Source: Cyanophora paradoxa CCMP329 (lineage: Eukaryota; Plantae; Glaucophyta). From it: a stretch of 64,000 nucleotides of DNA. The translations under genes and the position numbers were made by a program. This document shows positions 1 to 9,867 of the stretch, in pieces (position 1 is the first letter of the stretch; each line of letters opens with the position of its first letter). The notes beneath the pieces are model-generated. The model did no database searches. It saw only the letters and a program-made list of their open reading frames with translations, and was not told the DNA's origin. The stretch covers positions 744,001 to 808,000 of the forward strand of contig QPMI01000017.1 of NCBI GenBank assembly GCA_004431415.1. The letters run 5' to 3'.

Positions 1-1285
1 CTGCTGGTGGGAATTCTTCGGGTATTCTGTCAATATCCTCCCAATCGTGTCTATGATCCACAGGTGGAAATCTATCAGGTTTGTTTTCGATCTCGTCCCA
101 ATCATGACCATGGGGATCAGGTGGATATGTTTGTGGTTTATTTCGGATGTCCTCCCAATCAACTATAAAATCGAAGAGATCAGGTGCAAATCCATCAGGT
201 AAAAGCTGTTCGTCATATGGTTCGTAGCGATCGTATGTTATAAGGTTCGGATCGAAACCATCAGGTAACTCATTATCTTCTTCAAATCTTCGATCTTCAA
301 GAGGTATAACATTCACATCTGGCGCAAGAAGCTCTTCTGTTGGTGGTTGATAAACTGTAAATACTGGTTTGTTTCGGACCTTCTCCCAACTCACGATATG
401 TTGACCAAAGGCAACGTTCTCTTCTGCTGTGTATTCCCTTCCTGGCTGTTTTTTTGGTGTGAGATCCGGTGGATCCCATGGAAGCGGAAACGGAACAGGG
501 GTAGGTCCGTAATGCTCAATGATTTCTCTTATTGTTTTCTCACTAACAAGTTTCTCACCGTTTGCATACACATTGCTACCGTGAATATTTCGCCATTGTC
601 GGGTTCTAATACCAAGGTCTTTGGTGTTTGTCTTCAAAGGTAAATGGTGGCGATCCATTTCGACAAGGTCGGGGTGTAAATGAATGGCTACTGGTTGACT
701 GGGGCTACTGTCGACCGTGATAGAGTCTTTCTCTTTGGAAGTATCCTGTGGAAGAGTGAAACCAAAAAGTGCGTTAGTTTCTGCATTGTCGACGATGTCC
801 TTCGGATAAATACTGTTGGTGTGGCGAATCTGATTCTCTTCACCATGTGGGGCTACCTGTAATATCTGAGGGATTTGTGTTATCGCGTTTGATCCTTCAT
901 TATAAATTCTCAAACCGCTACGATGAACTCCCTTCTCATCCTGGACATTGAATACCAAACGTCCGCTATCGAATCGTGTGGGAATATCGGGATGCGTTCC
1001 ACTGGTTTTAAGTTTCCGTGGTCTCCTTCGAGTTGCCTTGATCTCTGCAACCGCGTTTTTTTTAACATTGCCCAAACTGAAAGCAATGCTAACATCTTCT
1101 TTATCGGGATCGGTTTGGTTCACCGATAAAGCGTGAACCCGGGGATGAGTTTTCGATGGTTTATCGGCGCTCTGATCGATAGAAGCCGACCCTTTGATGG
1201 TGATGTTATCAAAGTTCACATGTTTAGGATTCGTTTTACCACCACCTGATACTGTCTGTAAATTTGCTGGATAATTGAAACTCAT
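1..1285 (-). CDS. Putative virion fibre/tail-like protein, >=428 aa, 3' end outside window
   Basis: Missing from the ORF track because no stop falls inside the window. Read by hand from ATG 1285 (MSFNYPANL, same start as the 6801 copy). The frame at the left end gives repeats VSWEKVRNKP, VDWEDIRNKPQTYPPDPHGH, DWDEIENKPDRFPPVDHRH, DWEDIDRIPEEFPP. Confidence 0.75.
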   Translation of the reverse strand, partial: MSFNYPANLQTVSGGGKTNPKHVNFDNITIKGSASIDQSADKPSKTHPRVHALSVNQTDPDKEDVSIAFSLGNVKKNAVAEIKATRRRPRKLKTSGTHPDIPTRFDSGRLVFNVQDEKGVHRSGLRIYNEGSNAITQIPQILQVAPHGEENQIRHTNSIYPKDIVDNAETNALFGFTLPQDTSKEKDSITVDSSPSQPVAIHLHPDLVEMDRHHLPLKTNTKDLGIRTRQWRNIHGSNVYANGEKLVSEKTIREIIEHYGPTPVPFPLPWDPPDLTPKKQPGREYTAEENVAFGQHIVSWEKVRNKPVFTVYQPPTEELLAPDVNVIPLEDRRFEEDNELPDGFDPNLITYDRYEPYDEQLLPDGFAPDLFDFIVDWEDIRNKPQTYPPDPHGHDWDEIENKPDRFPPVDHRHDWEDIDRIPEEFPPA

Positions 1286-1333
1286 CCTGCTTGCTCTACT
1301 TATACAGATTTATTAAATTTAAGATAAGTAAAG

Positions 1334-2872
1334 ATGCCCCTAAAAGTTGTTCTTAGTTTATCTGGCGGAGGCGCTCGTGGAATCATCATAACAAGGTTGC
1401 TAAAAGAGATCGAAACAAGAACCGGTAAACGCGTTATAGATTTGGTCGATCTCGTAAGTGGAACATCCACAGGCGGTATTATTGCTATCGGTCTCAATGT
1501 GAAAAATCCCGAATTTCCCAATGAACCTAAACTAACTGCGACCGACCTTCACGATACTTACCTCTATCATCTCCCATTGATCTTTGCGAATCCGCGAAAT
1601 ATCATCTCAAATGCACTTTTTAATACTAAATATGATGTATCACCATTAGAAACCGCTATTTTCTCTGTGACTGGGGAAGCTCTCATAAAAGATTCACTAA
1701 AAGACGTGGTTATTACGACATTCGACACAGTGAGTATGAAACCCATTTTTATAGCAAACGATAACGATTACAAGACCATACCAAGTAAGATTGCGGCGCG
1801 ATCCACCTCGGCTGCTCCGACATATTTTGCTCCTGTCGATTACGACGGGATGTGTCTAATTGATGGCGCAATATCAGGTAACAATAACCCAAGCGTTTGT
1901 GGTTACAGTCACGCGAAAAAGATATATGATAACGATGACGATATTATAGTTATTAGCATCTCGTGCGGTGAAGTAAATGAAACGGACGCATCAAACGTCG
2001 GTTATCCTTATGAGAACGTGAATACCTGGGGTATTCTCTCGTGGATTGCTTCCACCTCAGGAAGTCCATTAATCAATATGCTAATGGCTGCAAGTGAACT
2101 GTCGGCTCTTGAAAAGATGCAAGAGTTTTTACCATATAATGATGACCAAGGATATGCAAGATATTACAGGCTCTCTGTTCCGCTTCCAAAAGATATCTTA
2201 AACTCTCTCGATGATACCTCTAAGATTCCGGACATGATCGCGGCAACTGAAACGTATATTGAAGAAAACGACACCATGATTAATAGACTCTGCGACTTGC
2301 TCGTAACAAACTACGAGATTAAGAACCCTGTAAGGTTCTATATATCATCCACTCTGAATAACATACCCCCCATCGATGCTAATTGGTATCTTCTGCCGGA
2401 TAATGCGTTTACCGCTTCATCTGCGAAATTCGGAAAGGAGGCATTTAAAGCCCGCCCATCTTTATCTGGTTGGGAAGCGAATGCATCCGCCATAAACGGA
2501 ATATGGGAAATCCCAACAGAATACCTGCAAATAACCTTCCCATATACATATGAGATCGCTTCTATAATTGCATATGGTTCAGGTATTACAACTGCGTTTA
2601 TTAAAACTTTCAATGTTGCGACGTCGCAAGATGGGGTTTCATGGTCATTTATCAAATATCAGGGTGTGAATAGAATGTTTGTATGTGAGAATATAAATAA
2701 TGCACATAATTCTGGGGATGTTGCATATGCTCTGGGGTTCCCGCTTTCAATTAACGATGTATTTTATATAGGTTATCCTCTGAGAATTCGATATATTCGT
2801 ATTTATCCATTGGTATATATAAATGCTCCGACTATGAGAGTCGATGTGACGGGCGCATTTATCAGAAATTAG
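1334..2872 (+). CDS. Patatin-like phospholipase fused to a C-terminal F5/8 type C (discoidin-like) domain
   Basis: Patatin motifs LSLSGGGARG, GTSTG, SAAPTYF, DGA. C-terminal FTASS, EYLQITF, TSQDGVSW, RYIRIYP, MRVDVTG pattern typical of FA58C. Confidence 0.9.
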   Translation: MPLKVVLSLSGGGARGIIITRLLKEIETRTGKRVIDLVDLVSGTSTGGIIAIGLNVKNPEFPNEPKLTATDLHDTYLYHLPLIFANPRNIISNALFNTKYDVSPLETAIFSVTGEALIKDSLKDVVITTFDTVSMKPIFIANDNDYKTIPSKIAARSTSAAPTYFAPVDYDGMCLIDGAISGNNNPSVCGYSHAKKIYDNDDDIIVISISCGEVNETDASNVGYPYENVNTWGILSWIASTSGSPLINMLMAASELSALEKMQEFLPYNDDQGYARYYRLSVPLPKDILNSLDDTSKIPDMIAATETYIEENDTMINRLCDLLVTNYEIKNPVRFYISSTLNNIPPIDANWYLLPDNAFTASSAKFGKEAFKARPSLSGWEANASAINGIWEIPTEYLQITFPYTYEIASIIAYGSGITTAFIKTFNVATSQDGVSWSFIKYQGVNRMFVCENINNAHNSGDVAYALGFPLSINDVFYIGYPLRIRYIRIYPLVYINAPTMRVDVTGAFIRN

Positions 2873-4167
2873 AGTTTTTCAGTTCCATTTATTGTAAGTT
2901 TCTTTAATTCTCTTGTAACTTTACTTTTTTTCTTTAATCTGGCTTGTAATAGTGGTTCTTCTGGGACGTCATCCGCTTTTTCGATGCCTTCTTTACGGAT
3001 CGCTGAATCAACCCGCGCTTCTTCTTTCGCTTGTTCGAGTGCATCTACTGTGGGCGCTTCATGATACTCAACACCTTTGATAGGTAACAGTTCATGAAAA
3101 GCAAACCTCCCTTCGACCATTTCGCCGTTCGGGTTTCGTAATCTGAACTTGAAACCTTCACGACCTTCAACAGTATAGACGATTCGCGACCAATTGACAC
3201 CCTGTTTAGCGAATGGGTTCTTTTCTATTCTCACTCTCACAAACATTCCCTTCTGAATACCATCTAAGTAAGCCATTGACTTCTTAAACTTCTCATCTTC
3301 TAAACCAATAATCTCTCTATAATGCTCTTCCGTTGTTTCTGCTGGTTTTCTCTTAGTTGCCGAGTGGATGGTATTGTTATAGTTATACTCTATGTCTCCC
3401 AATACATCGAAGAATCGCGCTGTGTTGTTTGCTATGCAATAGTTCGTGATCAATCGTTTGATCTGCTTGTTAAACGCTTCGATTCTACCTTGGCTTCGAT
3501 GATCTGCGACATCGCTAATCTGGTGGTCTATGAACTTCTTAGCAAGGTAATTTGTGAACATCGTATTAGTGAATTCGCTTCCGCTGTCACTCTGAACGCG
3601 AGCGATAGGTCGTGGAACTCTTCGTTGTAACTGTTCAAACGCCGCAAGCGCAGTTAGAGCGCTTTTATCTCTCATCGGGATTATATAACCTGTTCTAAGC
3701 GTTGATTCCATCGCGGACATGAACGTATCGTAACCGTCGTTTTGGTTCTTGTATGCTGGGAAGAAGAGAAGATCGATCACGTAAGTATCGAGAGGTTGCC
3801 GAATTGGAATCATCGGGTCTCTCTTTCTTGAAAGGGTCGGTGCGTTTATCTGAACGACTTCCTGTTTATCATACCATTCTCTCATCTTCTTGTAGTCTTC
3901 CTCTGGTAATTCCTTTCTCATTGCCCCGAAACCCTTGTAGCCCGTGCGCGGATCGTAAAACTTCTTCGCGATCTTCGATTCTTTCGTTACAGTCTCAGTA
4001 GGTAATGCCTCCGGGATCAGTTCTTTAACCATCTCAGACTTCTTCAAGATTCGTGTGTTCTTCTCTTCGACCGGAATAGTGATCGGTAGCATGTTCCCTT
4101 GGTCTTCTTTCATGCTCTTCTTTACGATTTTAGGAACGGGTCGCAATCCTATCTGTGCTGAGGGCAT
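2869..4167 (-). CDS. rve (DDE) integrase, Polinton type
   Basis: DDE triad in YVIDLL, QSDSGSEF, GRIEAFNKQIK; YNNTIHSAT motif; SH3-like VRVR...WS...YTV C-terminal region. Confidence 0.93.
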   Translation of the reverse strand: MPSAQIGLRPVPKIVKKSMKEDQGNMLPITIPVEEKNTRILKKSEMVKELIPEALPTETVTKESKIAKKFYDPRTGYKGFGAMRKELPEEDYKKMREWYDKQEVVQINAPTLSRKRDPMIPIRQPLDTYVIDLLFFPAYKNQNDGYDTFMSAMESTLRTGYIIPMRDKSALTALAAFEQLQRRVPRPIARVQSDSGSEFTNTMFTNYLAKKFIDHQISDVADHRSQGRIEAFNKQIKRLITNYCIANNTARFFDVLGDIEYNYNNTIHSATKRKPAETTEEHYREIIGLEDEKFKKSMAYLDGIQKGMFVRVRIEKNPFAKQGVNWSRIVYTVEGREGFKFRLRNPNGEMVEGRFAFHELLPIKGVEYHEAPTVDALEQAKEEARVDSAIRKEGIEKADDVPEEPLLQARLKKKSKVTRELKKLTINGTEKL

Positions 4168-4194
4168 CTTTACTTTATTTTCAATATATTAATA

Positions 4195-4356
4195 ATGGAC
4201 GAGCCGGTTTGGACAGAACACCCGAAACCAAACTACTTTGCAATCGATCCAAACGACCCCGGTTTAAGGTGTATATGGTTGCTGCATCTGATCCGAGGTC
4301 TATTGCTACTTGGAGATCGAAAAAATAAAAAGAGAAGTATTGAGCAAGTATATTAA
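4195..4356 (+). CDS. 53-aa hypothetical protein below the ORF-track cutoff
   Basis: MDEPVWTEHPKPNYFAIDPNDPGLRCIWLLHLIRGLLLLGDRKNKKRSIEQVY fills the integrase-pPolB gap. Preceded by TATATTAATA; stop overlaps the pPolB stop by 4 bp. Confidence 0.55.
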   Translation: MDEPVWTEHPKPNYFAIDPNDPGLRCIWLLHLIRGLLLLGDRKNKKRSIEQVY

Positions 4357-6362
4357 AGACCAAATGGAATGCTGTGAATGCCGTCGGCTGATATCTTCCG
4401 TTTGCTATCGAGTTGGTTTAGAGCGACCCTTCTGCTCTCCAAGTCATATAAGTTGTGGTCTTGCCTTCGCTTGTTTGTTACTGATACTGTTTTTATGATG
4501 CCTTCAAACAGACATCTCTTAAAATCGTCAAAGTCAACCTCTTTCGAGGAAGTCCCCGACATCTTTACTCTTTCGTTGGTCTCAGTTCTGAAAGCATAGA
4601 GTTTCGATCTCAGACCCACATACTCCATGATCTTTGCATTTGGAAACTCATTCTTATATTTACCAGGAACCATGCGGTTTTTGATACTCACAAGAGGATG
4701 GGATTTATCGTAATTGCTCCTATCGAGATACTCACCTATCTCTTTCATATCTTCATTGAGATTATTTGTTTTCAAGAACAAACAGAACGAATCGGTATCG
4801 TGGAACAGTAGTTTGGCGGTTTCCCACTTCTTCCTTACCACATCATAGAAGAATCGATAATTATGGAGTTTCGCGAAATCCAAAACGAAAGCGCCAATTG
4901 CTACGGGTTTATCTAAATTAACATGCTTCGAATACATCTCGAAGGCAACTGCGTTTTCGTTTAATACATTGGTCGCCTTGATAAGCGGACTTGCTGCGTA
5001 TTTCTTACAGAGTTTCTCACTGTTAGCAATCTTGACAGTTGAGCGACCCCTGCAAGATTCCAAACATTTACCGTAAATTGCATTGTTCATGAGTTTAAAG
5101 AAGTCGCTTTCAAAATGGTTAGTAGATTCATGGCGGAGTAGAGTATTCAGACCAATGTAAGATCTCATGAATGGGGAGGTAGCGAATGAGAGAACTTTAT
5201 GTATCTTTTTTAGAATGACACCCTTTTTAACAATGTAGTTAAGAAGAGGTCGAGCAATCACGTATTTATTCTTGGGCGTAAATGTCGCCGTAAGTTTGGG
5301 GTCTTTGCTGATCTTTTCGCCCGTCAGATCTAATAGTTTATTTTGATAATCACCAAGCATCTCATTGGTTATCACTTCTTTATTCACAATCAGTGGGAAA
5401 TCGTAATGATCTTCAAGAGTTGTGGGGTATTCAAGATCAACTTCAATAAATGCGCTTCGTCCCTCTACCTCTTTAAGTGCCTCTGTGATGTCTTCCCATC
5501 GATAATCTCCGATGGGTAGTGGTTGACTGAGAGCATAACCATAAAGATTATTCGCATCCAACAATACTATATGATCGTCGGCATTCTCTACCTTTGCGTA
5601 TCGTGTGGGCATGGTAGCAAATCCACCTCTAATGGCTCTCTCAACAAATTCGTATTTCTCTACATCATCGATTAGTTCAATCTTAACTTTCGTATGTTTG
5701 AGCATAGCGTCCCAAGAGAGACCTGGTGCGCTAACGTAATGTGCGGGATCCAATCCGTATTGAGAAAACGCCAATTTGCGAAATGCTTCAAACTTTCTCA
5801 TTAAATCACCCACATCCACAGATTGGAAATCCATGAAATGGGAAGCATCAATGAACTTCCACATGCCCCATTGAAGCGACAGGTATTGATCGAAATTCTT
5901 GCTTAGAATCTCAACACGTAGTTTATCGTCTTGTTGGGCGATTTTGCGGAATATTCCATGCCCGCATTCATCCATGTGATCGACCACGATAGCTACCTTT
6001 GTTTGTTTAGAGATTCGCCGGTGGAGGTTACAGTTTCGGCATGCCTTTCCGATGAAATCGCCGGATTGGTGGCAATGATCGCGAACCGGGAAGTTTTCAT
6101 GGGTGAATCTCTGAGAACAAATATAACAGTGTTTTGTTACCTTGTATTCCGCCTTTTGATCGTCTGTGAGTGGATGCATCGGAATATTTCGAAACAGCGT
6201 CTCAACGATTTCGGGTCTGATATCTTGTAGAGTAGCAAAGAGAGAACCAAGGGGATCGGCTCCCTCAAAATGGTATGCTCTCACTTCGTCTCCCATTACC
6301 ACTCTCAGTGAAACCGCTTTAATAAATACTGTTGGTGTGGCGAATCTGATTCTCTTCACCAT
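4353..6362 (-). CDS. N-terminally truncated chimeric pPolB created by the duplication junction
   Basis: First 13 aa come from an alternative frame of the fibre gene, then pPolB from IKAVSLRVV. Motifs DANNLYG, KLMNNAIYGK, HDTDS intact. Confidence 0.8.
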   Translation of the reverse strand: MVKRIRFATPTVFIKAVSLRVVMGDEVRAYHFEGADPLGSLFATLQDIRPEIVETLFRNIPMHPLTDDQKAEYKVTKHCYICSQRFTHENFPVRDHCHQSGDFIGKACRNCNLHRRISKQTKVAIVVDHMDECGHGIFRKIAQQDDKLRVEILSKNFDQYLSLQWGMWKFIDASHFMDFQSVDVGDLMRKFEAFRKLAFSQYGLDPAHYVSAPGLSWDAMLKHTKVKIELIDDVEKYEFVERAIRGGFATMPTRYAKVENADDHIVLLDANNLYGYALSQPLPIGDYRWEDITEALKEVEGRSAFIEVDLEYPTTLEDHYDFPLIVNKEVITNEMLGDYQNKLLDLTGEKISKDPKLTATFTPKNKYVIARPLLNYIVKKGVILKKIHKVLSFATSPFMRSYIGLNTLLRHESTNHFESDFFKLMNNAIYGKCLESCRGRSTVKIANSEKLCKKYAASPLIKATNVLNENAVAFEMYSKHVNLDKPVAIGAFVLDFAKLHNYRFFYDVVRKKWETAKLLFHDTDSFCLFLKTNNLNEDMKEIGEYLDRSNYDKSHPLVSIKNRMVPGKYKNEFPNAKIMEYVGLRSKLYAFRTETNERVKMSGTSSKEVDFDDFKRCLFEGIIKTVSVTNKRRQDHNLYDLESRRVALNQLDSKRKISADGIHSIPFGL

Positions 6363-6801
6363 GTGGGGCTACCTGTAATATCTGAGGGATTTGTGTTATC
6401 GCGTTTGATCCTTCATTATAAATTCTCAAACCGCTACGATGAACTCCCTTCTCATCCTGGACATTGAATACCAAACGTCCGCTATCGAATCGTGTGGGAA
6501 TATCGGGATGCGTTCCACTGGTTTTAAGTTTCCGTGGTCTCCTTCGAGTTGCCTTGATCTCTGCAACCGCGTTTTTTTTAACATTGCCCAAACTGAAAGC
6601 AATGCTAACATCTTCTTTATCGGGATCGGTTTGGTTCACCGATAAAGCGTGAACCCGGGGATGAGTTTTCGATGGTTTATCGGCGCTCTGATCGATAGAA
6701 GCCGACCCTTTGATGGTGATGTTATCAAAGTTCACATGTTTAGGATTCGTTTTACCACCACCTGATACTGTCTGTAAATTTGCTGGATAATTGAAACTCA
6801 T
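6319..6801 (-). pseudogene. Truncated second copy of the fibre-like gene (first 160 aa)
   Basis: Matches 806-1285 and stops at the duplication junction. Confidence 0.85.
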
Positions 6802-6849
6802 CCTGCTTGCTCTACTTATACAGATTTATTAAATTTAAGATAAGTAAAG

Positions 6850-8384
6850 ATGCCCCTAAAAGTTGTTCTTAGTTTATCTGGCGGAGGCGCTCGTGGAATC
6901 ATCATAACAAGGTTGCTAAAAGAGATCGAAACAAGAACCGGTAAACGCGTTATAGATTTGGTCGATCTCGTAAGTGGAACATCCACAGGCGGTATTATTG
7001 CTATCGGTCTCAATGTGAAAAATCCCGAATTTCCCAATGAACCTAAACTAACTGCGACCGACCTTCACGATACTTACCTCTATCATCTCCCATTGATCTT
7101 TGCGAATCCGCGAAATATCATCTCAAATGCACTTTTTAATACTAAATATGATGTATCACCATTAGAAACCGCTATTTTCTCTGTGACTGGGAAGCTCTCA
7201 TAAAAGATTCACTAAAAGACGTGGTTATTACGACATTCGACACAGTGAGTATGAAACCCATTTTTATAGCAAACGATAACGATTACAAGACCATACCAAG
7301 TAAGATTGCGGCGCGATCCACCTCGGCTGCTCCGACATATTTTGCTCCTGTCGATTACGACGGGATGTGTCTAATTGATGGCGCAATATCAGGTAACAAT
7401 AACCCAAGCGTTTGTGGTTACAGTCACGCGAAAAAGATATATGATAACGATGACGATATTATAGTTATTAGCATCTCGTGCGGTGAAGTAAATGAAACGG
7501 ACGCATCAAACGTCGGTTATCCTTATGAGAACGTGAATACCTGGGTATTCTCTCGTGGATTGCTTCCACCTCAGGAAGTCCATTAATCAATATGCTAATG
7601 GCTGCAAGTGAACTGTCGGCTCTTGAAAAGATGCAAGAGTTTTTACCATATAATGATGACCAAGGATATGCAAGATATTACAGGCTCTCTGTTCCGCTTC
7701 CAAAAGATATCTTAAACTCTCTCGATGATACCTCTAAGATTCCGGACATGATCGCGGCAACTGAAACGTATATTGAAGAAAACGACACCATGATTAATAG
7801 ACTCTGCGACTTGCTCGTAACAAACTACGAGATTAAGAACCCTGTAAGGTTCTATATATCATCCACTCTGAATAACATACCCCCATCGATGCTAATTGGT
7901 ATCTTCTGCCGGATAATGCGTTTACCGCTTCATCTGCGAAATTCGGAAAGGAGGCATTTAAAGCCCGCCCATCTTTATCTGGTTGGGAAGCGAATGCATC
8001 CGCCATAAACGGAATATGGGAAATCCCAACAGAATACCTGCAAATAACCTTCCCATATACATATGAGATCGCTTCTATAATTGCATATGGTTCAGGTATT
8101 ACAACTGCGTTTATTAAAACTTTCAATGTTGCGACGTCGCAAGATGGGGTTTCATGGTCATTTATCAAATATCAGGGTGTGAATAGAATGTTTGTATGTG
8201 AGAATATAAATAATGCACATAATTCTGGGATGTTGCATATGCTCTGGGGTTCCCGCTTTCAATTAACGATGTATTTTATATAGGTTATCCTCTGAGAATT
8301 CGATATATTCGTATTTATCCATTGGTATATATAAATGCTCCGACTATGAGAGTCGATGTGACGGGCGCATTTATCAGAAATTAG
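6850..8384 (+). pseudogene. Second copy of patatin-discoidin gene with four frameshifts (possibly read errors)
   Basis: Same as 1334-2872 except 1-bp deletions in G/C runs near 7189, 7543, 7880 and 8227. Confidence 0.85.
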
Positions 8385-8415
8385 AGTTTTTCAGTTCCAT
8401 TTATTGTAAGTTTCT

Positions 8416-9678
8416 TTAATTCTCTTGTAACTTTACTTTTTTCTTTAATCTGGCTTGTAATAGTGGTTCTTCTGGGACGTCATCCGCTTTTTCGATGCCT
8501 TCTTTACGGATCGCTGAATCAACCCGCGCTTCTTCTTTCGCTTGTTCGAGTGCATCTACTGTGGGCGCTTCATGATACTCAACACCTTTGATAGGTAACA
8601 GTTCATGAAAAGCAAACCTCCCTTCGACCATTTCGCCGTTCGGGTTTCGTAATCTGAACTTGAAACCTTCACGACCTTCAACAGTATAGACGATTCGCGA
8701 CCAATTGACACCCTGTTTAGCGAATGGGTTCTTTTCTATTCTCACTCTCACAAACATTCCCTTCTGAATACCATCTAAGTAAGCCATTGACTTCTTAAAC
8801 TTCTCATCTTCTAAACCAATAATCTCTCTATAATGCTCTTCCGTTGTTTCTGCTGGTTTTCTCTTAGTTGCCGAGTGGATGGTATTGTTATAGTTATACT
8901 CTATGTCTCCCAATACATCGAAGAATCGCGCTGTGTTGTTTGCTATGCAATAGTTCGTGATCAATCGTTTGATCTGCTTGTTAAACGCTTCGATTCTACC
9001 TTGGCTTCGATGATCTGCGACATCGCTAATCTGGTGGTCTATGAACTTCTTAGCAAGGTAATTTGTGAACATCGTATTAGTGAATTCGCTTCCGCTGTCA
9101 CTCTGAACGCGAGCGATAGGTCGTGGAACTCTTCGTTGTAACTGTTCAAACGCCGCAAGCGCAGTTAGAGCGCTTTTATCTCTCATCGGGATTATATAAC
9201 CTGTTCTAAGCGTTGATTCCATCGCGGACATGAACGTATCGTAACCGTCGTTTTGGTTCTTGTATGCTGGGAAGAAGAGAAGATCGATCACGTAAGTATC
9301 GAGAGGTTGCCGAATTGGAATCATCGGGTCTCTCTTTCTTGAAAGGGTCGGTGCGTTTATCTGAACGACTTCCTGTTTATCATACCATTCTCTCATCTTC
9401 TTGTAGTCTTCCTCTGGTAATTCCTTTCTCATTGCCCCGAAACCCTTGTAGCCCGTGCGCGGATCGTAAAACTTCTTCGCGATCTTCGATTCTTTCGTTA
9501 CAGTCTCAGTAGGTAATGCCTCCGGGATCAGTTCTTTAACCATCTCAGACTTCTTCAAGATTCGTGTGTTCTTCTCTTCGACCGGAATAGTGATCGGTAG
9601 CATGTTCCCTTGGTCTTCTTTCATGCTCTTCTTTACGATTTTAGGAACGGGTCGCAATCCTATCTGTGCTGAGGGCAT
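8416..9678 (-). CDS. Second copy of rve integrase, C-terminus altered by a 1-bp deletion
   Basis: Identical to the 2869-4167 protein until the T-run near 8437-8442. Confidence 0.88.
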   Translation of the reverse strand: MPSAQIGLRPVPKIVKKSMKEDQGNMLPITIPVEEKNTRILKKSEMVKELIPEALPTETVTKESKIAKKFYDPRTGYKGFGAMRKELPEEDYKKMREWYDKQEVVQINAPTLSRKRDPMIPIRQPLDTYVIDLLFFPAYKNQNDGYDTFMSAMESTLRTGYIIPMRDKSALTALAAFEQLQRRVPRPIARVQSDSGSEFTNTMFTNYLAKKFIDHQISDVADHRSQGRIEAFNKQIKRLITNYCIANNTARFFDVLGDIEYNYNNTIHSATKRKPAETTEEHYREIIGLEDEKFKKSMAYLDGIQKGMFVRVRIEKNPFAKQGVNWSRIVYTVEGREGFKFRLRNPNGEMVEGRFAFHELLPIKGVEYHEAPTVDALEQAKEEARVDSAIRKEGIEKADDVPEEPLLQARLKKKVKLQEN

Positions 9679-9705
9679 CTTTACTTTATTTTCAATATAT
9701 TAATA

Positions 9706-9867
9706 ATGGACGAGCCGGTTTGGACAGAACACCCGAAACCAAACTACTTTGCAATCGATCCAAACGACCCCGGTTTAAGGTGTATATGGTTGCTGCATCT
9801 GATCCGAGGTCTATTGCTACTTGGAGATCGAAAAAATAAAAAGAGAAGTATTGAGCAAGTATATTAA
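9706..9867 (+). CDS. Second copy of the 53-aa hypothetical protein
   Basis: Duplicate of 4195-4356. Confidence 0.5.
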   Translation: MDEPVWTEHPKPNYFAIDPNDPGLRCIWLLHLIRGLLLLGDRKNKKRSIEQVY

